Source of the DNA: an uncultured Chloroflexia bacterium
Lineage (GTDB): Bacteria; Chloroflexota; Dehalococcoidia; UBA2979
DNA length: 64,000 nt
Direction of reading: 5' to 3'
NCBI GenBank assembly: GCA_963728205.1
Contig: CAVSIV010000006.1
Span: 288,001-352,000, forward strand
Part shown: positions 39,874-50,032 of the stretch, piece by piece
Layout: every line of letters begins with the position of its first letter
How positions within the stretch are numbered: position 1 is the first letter of the stretch
Notes under the pieces: model-generated
Databases searched by the model: none
Seen by the model: only the letters and a program-made list of their open reading frames with translations
What the model was told of the DNA's origin: nothing
Translations under genes and position numbers: made by a program

Positions 39874-41895
39874 TAGTTCCCCCAGGCCGGACCTCGCAGC
39901 CACGTCGCATTCGAGAGCCGCGGCCGGAGGTCGAACGCTGCGCAGACGCCGCCGGAGCCGATGAGACGGCCGTCCGCGTCGAAGCCCAGCCACAACACCT
40001 TGTCGTACCCAAAGAGCGCCGCGTATCGAACCGGTGTCTCCGCGATCTCCATCACTCCGATGAGGTGGGGACCCAATCCCGAGGGGTCGAGGCTCGGCGC
40101 GAACGTGATCCCCGGAGCGACGAAGTGGACCGCCTCATCCGGACATCCGCCGGCCACGATTGCAGGCACCGACGTGCCTGCCGGCTTGCCCTCGGGGCAC
40201 TCCGGCGCGCGCTGTGGCGCGGGCTCCGGATTGACAACGCACGGTCCCGCCGTCGTCGATAGCAGCGCGCCGAGCCGTTCCCCGTCGCCGGCCAGCGCGG
40301 CATCTACCGCGGGCTGGATGTCGCCGGGCAGCGCGTTCGACGCGGTCGTTGGAGGTGCGAGCAGGAAGTTCGGTGCGCCATCGGTACTCGCGCGCCCGAT
40401 TTGCGTCGCGGGTGAGTCCTGCCCGCACCCGGTCTGGATCGTCGTGATGCCCCGATCGTTCAGGTAGAGCAGCAGCGCACCGTGCTGGGCGTCATTGCCG
40501 GCCGGGACGAGAACGGCGGCGACCTGGCCCCGGAAGAAGCCGTCGGTGGCAGGAGCGACCGGTCCGCGATCCACCACGGCATAGAGACGCCAGTCCACCG
40601 GGAGGAGGAAGTCGAGCAGCCCGTCCATTTCGTCACGACGCACATACCCGCCCTCGCACTGCGCCGACGGAAGCACGGCCACGGGCGCGCCCGGCGCCTC
40701 GTCCGCGCGACACAGCGGCGGTGAGCCGATGCCCGACGGCGCCACGACGCAGCCGACCTCGGAGAAGTCAATCGCCGCGACGAGCGCCGCACAATCCTTC
40801 GCTGCGAGCGCGTCGAGGACGGCGTCGACGGCCGCGACACCGGAGCGTCGACCCGGGTCGATGGCGGCGTCGCTCGCAGACGGGGGTGGGACGATAAAGG
40901 CGCGTGGCGGGTACGGCACGCATTCGGTTAGCAGCCCGACAATCTGTCCCCCCGCCTCCAGCAGGCCAGCCTGGGTCCACCGGTACGGCGCAGTCTCGAG
41001 CACAACCACCAGGAGGTGGTCGGCGGGCGGTTGAAAGCCGTCGGGCACGGTCGCGACGGCCTGCAGCGCGTACGCCTGGATGGCGAGGGACTCGAAGCGG
41101 CTTGCCACGTCGCCGGCGTCGAGCGACTGGTCGACGTTGCAGTGCCGCGCGGGAAGCGTGCCCTGCTTGTACCTCGCGGCCGCGGTGAGGGCCGCAGCGT
41201 CGTGTGCGGCGAGGGCGCCGACGAGCGTGTCCACCGAGGGCACGCCGGTCTCCGGGACGCCTGCCGCGAACGCGTAGCCGGCCGGCGGTTGCGGGAGGTC
41301 CTTCGCGGGCGGCAGCACGAGGAAGTCTTCCAGCGGGCCGCCGGCGGCGTAGCGCGGATCCTGCAGGATCGTCAGGTCGACGACGTCGTTGCCGGCGACC
41401 GCGAAGCGCCAGCCCTCGTGCGCCTCCGGGCTGTCGACGGCCAGCACGACGTCGACGGCGTGCCGCGGACCGGCCTGGGGTTGGTCGGGAGCGACGGCGT
41501 AGAGCGACCGCGCGGCCGCAGCCAGACGCGGTGCCCACTGGCTCGCGGGGAGCATGCGATCGTCCGTGGTCCCGCCGCCGGACTCGCGGGCGTCGAGGGT
41601 GCCGAAGCGCCGCTCGAGCGCCACTGCGTCGTCAGAGAGCAAGTGCTCGATGAGCGCATTGAGCGCCGGGTCGGAGGTGCGCCCGTCGGGCGCCATTGCC
41701 GGGGTGGCGGTCGGTGCCGCGTCCGCCGCAGTGGGAGAGGCCGTCCTGGCGGTGGTCGGCGAGGGAGAGGCGCCGGCCGATGTCGTCGGTGACGGGGCCG
41801 GAGCACGGCTGCTCGAGCACGCTGCCCCAGTGACGGCCGCGATCAGGATTCAGGAGGGCGGCGTACAGGCACGACCGTCGCGTGCGGAGCCTCAC
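39873..41895 (-). CDS. Lipoprotein with four internal repeats (frameshift in signal region about 41850)
   Basis: GAAC lipobox, P/T linker, repeated helix-D-x-x-AL units with Cys pairs. Confidence 0.7.
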
Positions 41896-42001
41896 AGGCC
41901 TCTGCCTATGCGGACGATGAGGTGTGACTGGTCTCCGCTCCAAGCAATGACGAGCAGGGCGTGCCTCTCCACTGGTGCGCAACGGAGACTGGCGCGTTCC
42001 C

Positions 42002-43426
42002 TCACGGCCGCAGCCCCAGGAAGGCGTCCACGATCGGTGTCGTGAGCGAGGGCTGGTCGTCGGGGCCGCCGATGACCAGCAGGAGGTTCTCGTTGCGGTA
42101 GATGCGCGCACCGACGGTGCAGTCGACTGAACGGGAACGGTGGACGTCCGGCGCCCCCACCACCCCGTCCTGCCCCAGCACCCACTCTGACTCGAGATCG
42201 GCGATGGTCGGGTACACCCAGACCGTCACGTAGTGGAGCGAAGGCCCCTCTTCCGGCCACGGGCCGACGAGCTGCACCTCGGAAGCGCGCGACGTTCCGT
42301 ACGGGCACGCGGGCTGGAAGTACGGCGTGTAGTGGAAGCCGTCGGCCGCGAGCTGCTCGAGTAGCGGCGTCGCGCCCAGCGGCGCACCCGCCGGCGGCGG
42401 GACGATCGCGAACCCCGTCGTGTCCGATGGGAGCGGGTTCGACGACGGCCGCCCGAGCGTGAGAAAGGTGTCAACGAGCTCGGTCGTCCGCGGTTCGGCG
42501 TCGGGGACGAGCAATACGAGGTTCTGCTGGTGGTAGACGCGCGACGGCGCGCGGTCGCACACGAGCACGCGGTGCCGCGCGGCGAAGAGGTCGTCCACGA
42601 TCCACTCGCCCGCGGTCGCCGGCTCGTTCGGGTACACCCACAGGACAAAGTGCGCGTCGCCCGCGTACTCGATGCCCGGGCGGCCGTCGACCTGTTCACA
42701 TGCCGGGCTGCGTCCCGAGCGTCCGACCTGGATGCCGGACGCGGCAAGCGCGTCGATGTAGTCCGCCGCGGACCAGGGCGTCCCGGAGGAGCTCCACGCC
42801 GCGCCGGCAACGGGGACGTAGAGCGGCGGCTGCGGGATCCGGCGGCTCTCGCCGCTCGCATCGATCGAGGACACGACGAGGGCGACCTCCGACTGGCACA
42901 TCGTGCCGATCGGGAAGTCGTGGACCTGGAACGCGAGGTGGCCGGCCGCGTCGGCGGTCGCCCTCGCCAGTTCCGCGTAGTTGTCGACGGAGGACTGCAG
43001 GAACAGCACGGCGCCTTCACCGGGCAGGAACCCGTCCGCCGCGACGGTGGCGCCGGCGCGACAGACGAGCGGGTTGGGGCTGACCGAGAACGCGACCGGG
43101 GCGTGCGCCGCCGCGGTCGCGGTCGCAGTCGCCGTTGCGCCGACCTGCGCCGGTGTCGCGGTGCTCGCCGTCCCTCCGAGGGCGGGCGGTGGGATGGGGG
43201 TGACGGAGGCGGGCGCTGCCAGTGGGGTCGGTGCGGTGCGAGCGCCGGCAAGCGTGGCTGCGCCCGTGGGCGACGAAGTCCCCACGCGCTCCGGGGTGGT
43301 GCACGCGCCCGCGAACAGGGCGAGCGCCAGCGCCGCTGCGAGGCCCACGCGGAGCGCACTCGGGCGACGCCGGGCGTGCGCGGCATGCCATCCCGCCGGG
43401 GGCTGTGGTCGGGTGTCGAGGTCCAT
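42002..43426 (-). CDS. Lipoprotein with duplicated C-terminal domain
   Basis: FAGAC lipobox, P/T linker, two WVYP...EW...R(V/I)Y...NL...VD(T/A)FL units. Confidence 0.75.
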   Translation of the reverse strand: MDLDTRPQPPAGWHAAHARRRPSALRVGLAAALALALFAGACTTPERVGTSSPTGAATLAGARTAPTPLAAPASVTPIPPPALGGTASTATPAQVGATATATATAAAHAPVAFSVSPNPLVCRAGATVAADGFLPGEGAVLFLQSSVDNYAELARATADAAGHLAFQVHDFPIGTMCQSEVALVVSSIDASGESRRIPQPPLYVPVAGAAWSSSGTPWSAADYIDALAASGIQVGRSGRSPACEQVDGRPGIEYAGDAHFVLWVYPNEPATAGEWIVDDLFAARHRVLVCDRAPSRVYHQQNLVLLVPDAEPRTTELVDTFLTLGRPSSNPLPSDTTGFAIVPPPAGAPLGATPLLEQLAADGFHYTPYFQPACPYGTSRASEVQLVGPWPEEGPSLHYVTVWVYPTIADLESEWVLGQDGVVGAPDVHRSRSVDCTVGARIYRNENLLLVIGGPDDQPSLTTPIVDAFLGLRP

Positions 43427-43473
43427 CGCTCCGCCGAATTCGTGCTGTGCGCCGCCAGCCCAGCTCTGGTGAG

Positions 43474-43499
43474 AACGCGCTTGCGCGCTCGTAGGTTCC
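43474..43499 (-). promoter_or_regulatory. ECF-sigma-type promoter
   Basis: GGAAC-N17-CGTT about 50 nt upstream of the 43426 start. Confidence 0.5.
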
Positions 43500-44017
43500 A
43501 CGCGCCCGCGAGGCGCTATCGCTCCAGGCGCGGCTCCTCCTGCAACGGATGCAGCGAGCGGACGCGACCCGGTTCCACGACGCGCGCCGCGAGGTGACGA
43601 TGTCACCGCGATGTAGCGGCTCGCGCTGCCCGCAAATCATGTACGCCGCGGCGTACGTCAGGGTCGAGGGACGGGGCGCTGGTCGCGGGCGCGCGGCTCA
43701 CCGCAGGAACGTCCTGAAGCCGAGCGCGGCCACTCGACCCGGTGTCCAGCATGTCAGGATGAGAGCGGCCGTCCGTGCCGGCGTCGCCGCCGTCATGACC
43801 GCAGCGTGCGGGTTGTGGGCGAGGACTACCTCGTACCCCGCCCTCCCTGGGGTCAGGTAATCGCCGACGCCTGGCACGACGTCGGCGCGTGCCTTCGCTG
43901 CGCAGAAGGACAGGAATATGGACGTGCGCCCACATCGCACGTCCTGCCGCCGAGCCAGCCAGGGTCGTCACCGGAGAGTTGGAATTTCGCTCGCCGAGGT
44001 TGCGAGCGTGCCGCCTT

Positions 44018-44617
44018 CTAACGAGCAGGGTCACCCGGTCTTTCCCGGGCCACCCGCGCCGTCGCTACAGCGACCAGCCACCAGTAGCCGGTGAGCAGAA
44101 CGAATCCGGCGGCGGCGAACAGGGCTCCCGCGTACCCCGTCCCCCAGCCGGAACGAACCGACGGATCGACGTGCACGAACACGGCCTGCAGGTGGAGGTA
44201 GATGGCAGCGACGATGACCCAGGCGACAGGGAGGCTCGCGAGCCGCCAGGCGGCCCGAGATGGCCATCCCGCGCGCGCATCGGCGACCGCCGGGTGACGC
44301 GCGAGCAGGGCCACGATGGCAAGCATGAGCGCGGCGGCGAACGCTCCGCCGGCGCCGGCGTATCGCGGGCTTCCGATCATGATCCGGTGCATGAGCGGCC
44401 AGAAGACCAACAGCGGCGCGACAAGGGTCAGCGCCCGCGCGCCCTTCCGGCGTGCCGCCCACTCCGCGGTTGCCAGGGACCATGCCAGGGCGACGAGCAG
44501 TGCGACGGCGACGGCGGGCAGGCCCCACGCGAGCAGGGCGCCGAGGCTCGCGACGGCAAAGACGGCGGGCGGGACGGTCCAGCGCTGCGGGAGTCGCCGG
44601 GCCAGCACGGGCTGCAT
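44018..44617 (-). CDS. Hypothetical integral membrane protein
   Basis: About 6 hydrophobic segments; RBS gaggg. Confidence 0.6.
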   Translation of the reverse strand: MQPVLARRLPQRWTVPPAVFAVASLGALLAWGLPAVAVALLVALAWSLATAEWAARRKGARALTLVAPLLVFWPLMHRIMIGSPRYAGAGGAFAAALMLAIVALLARHPAVADARAGWPSRAAWRLASLPVAWVIVAAIYLHLQAVFVHVDPSVRSGWGTGYAGALFAAAGFVLLTGYWWLVAVATARVARERPGDPAR

Positions 44618-44861
44618 CGGAGGTTCCCTCCTCACGCGTGGTCGGCGCCCGTCCTCGACGACCGACGCGGCCGGCCTCGGCCATCTTATGGAACAGGCGC
44701 GGACGAGCGCTCCGCAGGTGCTCGTCCGACGCCTATCGGCCGCGCGAACGATTTCGGTCGCTCGGAATCTCACTCCTGCGGGTGACGCAGGTACGGCGGG
44801 GGATCCGTAGCGTGGGCCAGAGCGAGGTCGCCGCCCAGAGCGACGTCGCCGCGGAGAGGAT

Positions 44862-46127
44862 GTGGTCGTGGCCGTCCGTCGATTGCGCCTCATGCTGGTG
44901 GCTCTGGTCGCTCTGTCTGGGGCTGTCCTCGTTGCCCCTGCCCCGAGTAGCCGGGCATCGGCACGCATCGTGGATCTCGGGCCGGCCGCCCGCTATCCGG
45001 CGGGATCGGTCGCCTTGTTCAGCGTAGCGGAAGACGGTAGCGGGCTCGTAGAGGCCCCCGCACGTTCCCAGACGGCTGTGTGGAACGGGAAGCTTGACGG
45101 TTGCCCGCCCGATCCGGTCGTCGGGATCCCGTTCGCGCTTGTGCGCCTGACGGACGGCTCGTTGATCGCACTGTCCACGATCAGCACGCATGGCCGCGCG
45201 CTCGTGCCGTGGGTCTCGGACTACGAGCGGTTCGGACGTGCGGGATGGTTCGTGGAACCCTGCCTCCTGGACACGTACGACGTGGACGGCACCCGCGTAT
45301 ATGGGCCGGCCGCGCGGAACTTGGATCGCTACGCGGTGGAGGTGAGGGACGGGCGGGTGCTCGTCGATCTCGGCGCCATGACGCGCGGCGAAGCGATTCC
45401 GGGGCGCAGCCGGTACGGAGGCACCACGTATGGCCCTGTGGCGGAGTATCCAACGGCCACGCCTCAGGCAGCTGCAACGGCGTCGCCTGAGGCCGCGCTT
45501 CCGGACTCAGGGGCAACGAAGCCCGTCGACTACTGGTCGTTGACGCCCTCCGGACAGCAGGCGCTCCGCCGTGCGCACCCCGGCGCCTTCCTCGCGCGCC
45601 TGGCGGCCCAGCCTGGAATGGTGCTCCACGTGCGGGAGACCGTGACCGAGGCGACGCCAGGAGTACGCACTACCTACGACTCCTTCGCGCGCATCGACGG
45701 TGACCGCGTAGTGGCCGTGCTCGTGCGGAGACTCGACGCGGTCGGACGCGTCATCGACGAGCAGATCCAGGTCGCCCGGAACACTCGGCTGCCGGACGGA
45801 CACGTCATCACCACGCATCCGCTTCCCACGATCACGGGACTACTGCCTGCGATCGCGCCGGAGTTCGCAAGGACGATGTTTGCGATGCATGAGACCGGCT
45901 CGGCTGCTCAACCGGTGCGCACACTTTTTCTCGAGTCACCGCCAAGCGCCAAGTTTCGTCGTGAGCTGGATATCGACGCGTCGAGTCACGTCGTCGTTGG
46001 ATACCGCACCTTCAGAGTCGATCGCGGTCAGAGAGTCCTTCTCACCTCTCGGACCACGGAGTTTGAGTGGGTACCGGCGCGAAACGCCCCCGCGGAACTG
46101 CCCGCAACGCACTCCATGGGGGGCTAG
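44862..46127 (+). CDS. Exported Rieske-fold protein lacking Fe-S ligands, with extra C-terminal domain
   Basis: ALSTISTHGRALVPW...WFVEPCLLDTYDVDGTRVYGPAARNLDRY. Confidence 0.7.
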   Translation: MVVAVRRLRLMLVALVALSGAVLVAPAPSSRASARIVDLGPAARYPAGSVALFSVAEDGSGLVEAPARSQTAVWNGKLDGCPPDPVVGIPFALVRLTDGSLIALSTISTHGRALVPWVSDYERFGRAGWFVEPCLLDTYDVDGTRVYGPAARNLDRYAVEVRDGRVLVDLGAMTRGEAIPGRSRYGGTTYGPVAEYPTATPQAAATASPEAALPDSGATKPVDYWSLTPSGQQALRRAHPGAFLARLAAQPGMVLHVRETVTEATPGVRTTYDSFARIDGDRVVAVLVRRLDAVGRVIDEQIQVARNTRLPDGHVITTHPLPTITGLLPAIAPEFARTMFAMHETGSAAQPVRTLFLESPPSAKFRRELDIDASSHVVVGYRTFRVDRGQRVLLTSRTTEFEWVPARNAPAELPATHSMGG

Positions 46128-46313
46128 GGACGCGGGCGATGCGAACGCTCGGCATAGCGGGATGTGGTGGCCGGGAGTGCAGGGAGATCTCTACATCACG
46201 ACCGAGCAACAACTGGATGATCAGCGGCACGCGCGGCGGACGCTGCCACGTCTGTCGCGCGCCGTCGCGTGGTCGCCGTCGCGAAATGGCGATGCGGGCG
46301 GTGGGCTCGCGTG

Positions 46314-46826
46314 ATGACGATGTCTCTCCGGCGGGCGTCTGCCCTCGCACTCGCCGTGGGCGTTGCACTGGCCGCCGCGATCGCAACGGTCGTGCTCCTC
46401 GTCCCGCGCGCGCCGCAAGTCGTCGTCGTCCCAAGCGCCGGCGGCAACGGTCTCACGGTGCGGCTCTTCTACGTCGACGATGCGGGAAGCGTGATCGCAG
46501 GGGGCTGGCCGCCCGCGCCGAGCGACCGCCCCGCCCGATCGTTCTACCTCGTTGAGAATCACGGAGAGGTTCACGCGCTCGAGGCGGCGGATCCCTCCGG
46601 CACCCGATGCTTCGTGATCTGGAGAGCGGACCTGCAGGCGTCGGAGCGGTTCCCTGGCATCGCAGACGGAGATCGGAAGGGATGGTTCAAGGGGCCGTGC
46701 CAGGGTGAGCTGTACGACCTGGACGGCGCGTGCGTCGCTGGCGTGTGCCGCGCGGGCGATCTCAGAAGCTTCCCGGCCACGCGGTCCGGATCATCGATTC
46801 GGATCGAACTTCCTGCGCCCGGTTGA
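46314..46826 (+). CDS. Membrane-anchored Rieske-fold protein lacking Fe-S ligands
   Basis: FYLV...ALEAADPSGTRCFVIW...WFKGPCQGELYDLDG. Confidence 0.7.
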   Translation: MTMSLRRASALALAVGVALAAAIATVVLLVPRAPQVVVVPSAGGNGLTVRLFYVDDAGSVIAGGWPPAPSDRPARSFYLVENHGEVHALEAADPSGTRCFVIWRADLQASERFPGIADGDRKGWFKGPCQGELYDLDGACVAGVCRAGDLRSFPATRSGSSIRIELPAPG

Positions 46827-47117
46827 ACAGGGCGCGGGTCTTTTCTGCCGCACGCTGCATCATCTCCGCTCGTGCCACCAGATCCCGGTAGCGCCGGCGA
46901 CGAGCACGGCCAGGCCCACGCCACCGCCCCAGAATTCGGCCGCGACGAGCACCTTGCTCGATCCCCGCCGGCCGGTGTCCCGATGTGACGAGTGCACGAC
47001 CGCAGGTTCGGGTTGGGCTGACCGGGCGGAAAGCTGATAGCAGTCGATATGGCGTCGTCGGCTGTGTGGGTGCTCGGGCGTGACAACTCGGAGCTCCGCG
47101 TTGCCCGCTGAGCCGGG

Positions 47118-47148
47118 TGAAGTAATTCGCGTCCGTCGCCGGTAGGCT
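47118..47148 (+). promoter_or_regulatory. Leaderless promoter/operator motif shared with 62257-62287
   Basis: TGAAGTAATTCG-N12-GTAGGCT-N6-ATG. Confidence 0.7.
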
Positions 47149-47154
47149 CGTCGT

Positions 47155-47588
47155 ATGCCTCCGCTCTTCCGCCGCAGCCGCGGCCGCCCACCGCATCCCG
47201 ACATCCTCACTCCGGCGGAGTGGCGGGTCGTCGAGGAGGTGCGCAAGGGGCGCACGAATCCCGAGATTGCCGACGCGCTCGACCTCAGCCCGAACACGGT
47301 GAAGACGCACGTCTCGAGTGCGCTCGCGAAGCTCGGCTTCGCGCATCGCGATCAGCTCGCGACGTGGGAGGGACGGCCCGCGGCCGCCGGGCGTGCGTCC
47401 TCGGCGGCGACGGCGTGGACGGCGCTCCTCGGGCACCGGCGGATTGGCCCGGTGGCCACGGCCGCCGCCGGCGTGCTCGTCGTCGTCGCGGTCGGGATCG
47501 CGGCGCGTGCGGCCGTCGGCTCCGCGCGTGGCGGCGCCGGCGCGGGTGCCGCACGCACGCCCTCGCCGGCGGCGGCGCTCGAGCCGGG
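47155..47588 (+). pseudogene. 5' part (LuxR HTH + TM) of a membrane-anchored regulator interrupted by IS21
   Basis: GRPPHPDILTPAEWRV...TNPEIA...TVKTHVS; TM VATAAAGVLVVVAVGIAA; rejoins 50033-51287 in frame. Confidence 0.85.
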
Positions 47589-47728
47589 TGTCGCGCGGCC
47601 ATGTAAAAGTCCGCGCTGGTGGCCAGCGAAAAGTCCGCACCCTTGAGGTCACGGTGATGCACGAAGCCCCCGGAGCGGGGAATGGTGTGGTTGCGACCCT
47701 GCCATCTCCCCGCTCCGAAGGGGCTCCA

Positions 47729-49189
47729 TTGAAGACCGCGAGGGAGCAGTTGGACATCATCAGCGCGTACGAGCAGCTGGGAAGCTACCGCGCAGTGGCG
47801 GCGCTGTGCGGGACGACCGACAAGACGGTGAAGCGGATCGTCGAGCGCGGGCGCCAGGGCGAGCTCGAGCATCGGGCACGCGGGCAGCGACGACCGCATA
47901 AGACGGACACGGCCAGAGCGCTCGTGGAACAGCGGGTGCGGGAGACCGACGGGCGCATCAGCGCGAAGCGACTGCTCGTGGCGGCGCGCGCCGCCGGCTA
48001 CACAGGGTCGGACCGCAGCTTCCGACGCCTGGTCGCCGAGGCGAAGACGGGCTGGCGGGGCAAGCGGCGGATCTACCGGCCGTGGTTTCCACCGCCCGGT
48101 CAGTACCTCGCCTTCGACTGGGGATCGGAGGGGCGCGTCCACCTCTTCTGCGCCGTGCTGGCGTGGAGCCGCTACCGCTTCGTGCGCATCGCCGCCGACG
48201 AGCGCCAGGCGACGACCCTGCGGCTGCTCGCGGAGTGCTTCGAGGAGTTGGGCGGCGTCCCGGAGCTGGCGCTCACCGATCGCATGGCCTGCCTGCGCGC
48301 CGGGATCGTCGCCAACGTCATGATCCCGCACGCGGAGTACGTCCGCTTCGCCGCGCGTTACGGCTTCCGCCCCGACTTCTGCGAGGCGGCGGACCCCGAG
48401 TCGAAGGGACGAGTCGAGCGGCTCGTCGGCTACGCGAAGAGCGACCTGCTCGTCCCGGCCGGCGGCTGGCCCGATCTCGCCGCGGCGAACCGTGCGGCGC
48501 GCGACTGGTGCGCCGAGGTCAACGCACGTCCGCACGCCGAGACGCGCGAAGCGCCGACGATCCGGCTGGCACGCGAGCGTGAGGCGCTCCGACCGCTGCC
48601 CGCGTCGCGGCCGCTGCTCGCGCGCGGCGAGCGGCGCAAGGTCGACAAGCTGGCGACGGTGCGCTTCGGCTCGGCCCGCTACTCAGTGCCGCACCTCTAC
48701 GCCGGCGGCTTTGTCGAGGTCACCGCCAGCGACGGCGAGGTAGTGATCCGGCGCGACGACGAGGAGATTGCCCGCCATCCCCTGGTCGCCCCCGGTGAGG
48801 CCTCAATCTGCGACGACCACTACGGCGGGCCCCGGTCCGGACCGCGGCGCGCGGTGCGACCGCGCTCGGAGTCCGAGCACCGCTTCCTCGCGCTGGGACC
48901 GGAGGCCGAGCACTTCCTGCGCTCCGCCGCAGCCGCCGGCACGTCCCGCCTGGCGTCGGAGCTCGCGTCCATCGTCGAGCTCGAGCCGGCGTGGGAGCGT
49001 GACGTGCTCGTCCGCGCCCTCGAGCGCGCGACCTCCTTCCGCCGCTTCCGGGCGGCGGACGTGCGCTCCATCCTCGAGGCCGGAGCCGGCGTCGCCCAGC
49101 TCGCCGAGCGCGGCGAGCAGCTCCACCTGGAGCACCTGCCCGCGGTCGCGACGCGCTCGCTCGCCGACTACGCGCTGGTGCGGTCGTGA
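47729..49189 (+). CDS. istA: IS21 transposase
   Basis: PPGQYLAFDW, LAWSRYRF, GGVP...TDRM, PESKGRVE. Confidence 0.93.
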   Translation: MKTAREQLDIISAYEQLGSYRAVAALCGTTDKTVKRIVERGRQGELEHRARGQRRPHKTDTARALVEQRVRETDGRISAKRLLVAARAAGYTGSDRSFRRLVAEAKTGWRGKRRIYRPWFPPPGQYLAFDWGSEGRVHLFCAVLAWSRYRFVRIAADERQATTLRLLAECFEELGGVPELALTDRMACLRAGIVANVMIPHAEYVRFAARYGFRPDFCEAADPESKGRVERLVGYAKSDLLVPAGGWPDLAAANRAARDWCAEVNARPHAETREAPTIRLAREREALRPLPASRPLLARGERRKVDKLATVRFGSARYSVPHLYAGGFVEVTASDGEVVIRRDDEEIARHPLVAPGEASICDDHYGGPRSGPRRAVRPRSESEHRFLALGPEAEHFLRSAAAAGTSRLASELASIVELEPAWERDVLVRALERATSFRRFRAADVRSILEAGAGVAQLAERGEQLHLEHLPAVATRSLADYALVRS

Positions 49190-49963
49190 GCCGCGCGGTC
49201 GCTCCGCTCGCCCCCGACCTCGAGTCCGGGCTGCGCCGGCTCAAGCTCGCGCGCATCCGCGCCGTCGCGCCCGAGGTGCTGCAGACCGCGAAGACCCAGC
49301 GCTGGACGCCAGAGGAGCTGCTGCGCACGCTCGTCGAGGCCGAGTGCGCTGCACGCGACGAGGCCAACCTGCGCACGCGCATGCGCACCGCCGGCTTCCC
49401 CGCGGAGAAGCGGCTCGATGACTTCCGGGTCGACGAGTCGAGCGTGCCCGGCGGCACCTTCGACTACCTCGCTTCGCTGGAGTGGCTGCGCGCCCGCGAG
49501 AACGTCTGCCTGGTCGGTCCCGCCGGCACCGGCAAGTCGCATTTGCTCATCGCGCTCGGGCGCGCCGCCGTCGAGACCGGACACCGCGTGCGCTACTTCG
49601 CCGCTGCGGACCTCGTCGAACAGCTCTACCGCGGCCTCGCCGACAACTCGGTGGCTCGGGTGATCGACGGGCTGCTGCGCGCCGACCTGGTCATCTGCGA
49701 CGAGCTCGGTTTCGCCCCGCTCGACGACGTCGGCACGCAGCTCCTCTTCCGCTTCGTCGCCGCGGCCTACGAGCGGCGCTCACTCGGCGTCGCGAGCCAC
49801 TGGCCCTTCGCATCAGTGGGGACGCTTCCTGCCCGAGCCCACCACCGCCGTCTCGCTGCTCGACCGCCTCCTGCATCACGCCGTCGTCGTCACCACCGAG
49901 GGCGACTCCTTCCGCATGAAAGAGGCGCGAGCGAGAGGAGGACCGACCGTGCGCAGACGCTGA
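49186..49963 (+). CDS. istB: IS21 helper ATPase (frameshift about 49811)
   Basis: GPAGTGKSH, DLVICDELG, YERRS; then WGRFL...LDRLLHH...GDSFR in another frame. Confidence 0.9.
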
Positions 49964-50032
49964 TCAGGACCAGGGGTGCGGACTTTTGGTTGGCCACCAG
50001 TGCGGACTTCGGTTTGGCCATTGACAGCCGGG

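Larger units (their letters stand above)
47589..50026 (+). mobile_element. Complete IS21-family insertion sequence (2438 bp)
   Basis: TGTC...GACA ends with repeated AAGTCCGC boxes; 6-bp target duplication gccggg (47583-47588, 50027-50032). Confidence 0.93.

Noticed and set aside
43603-44034. Degenerate receiver-domain gene
   Set aside because: Only scattered hints (AGYEVVLAHN) across frames; not supportable
44862-46826. Cytochrome bc complex operon
   Set aside because: Rieske-like proteins lack cluster ligands and no cytochrome b/c genes are present
49790-49830. Programmed frameshift in istB
   Set aside because: No slippery sequence; a single extra base explains it
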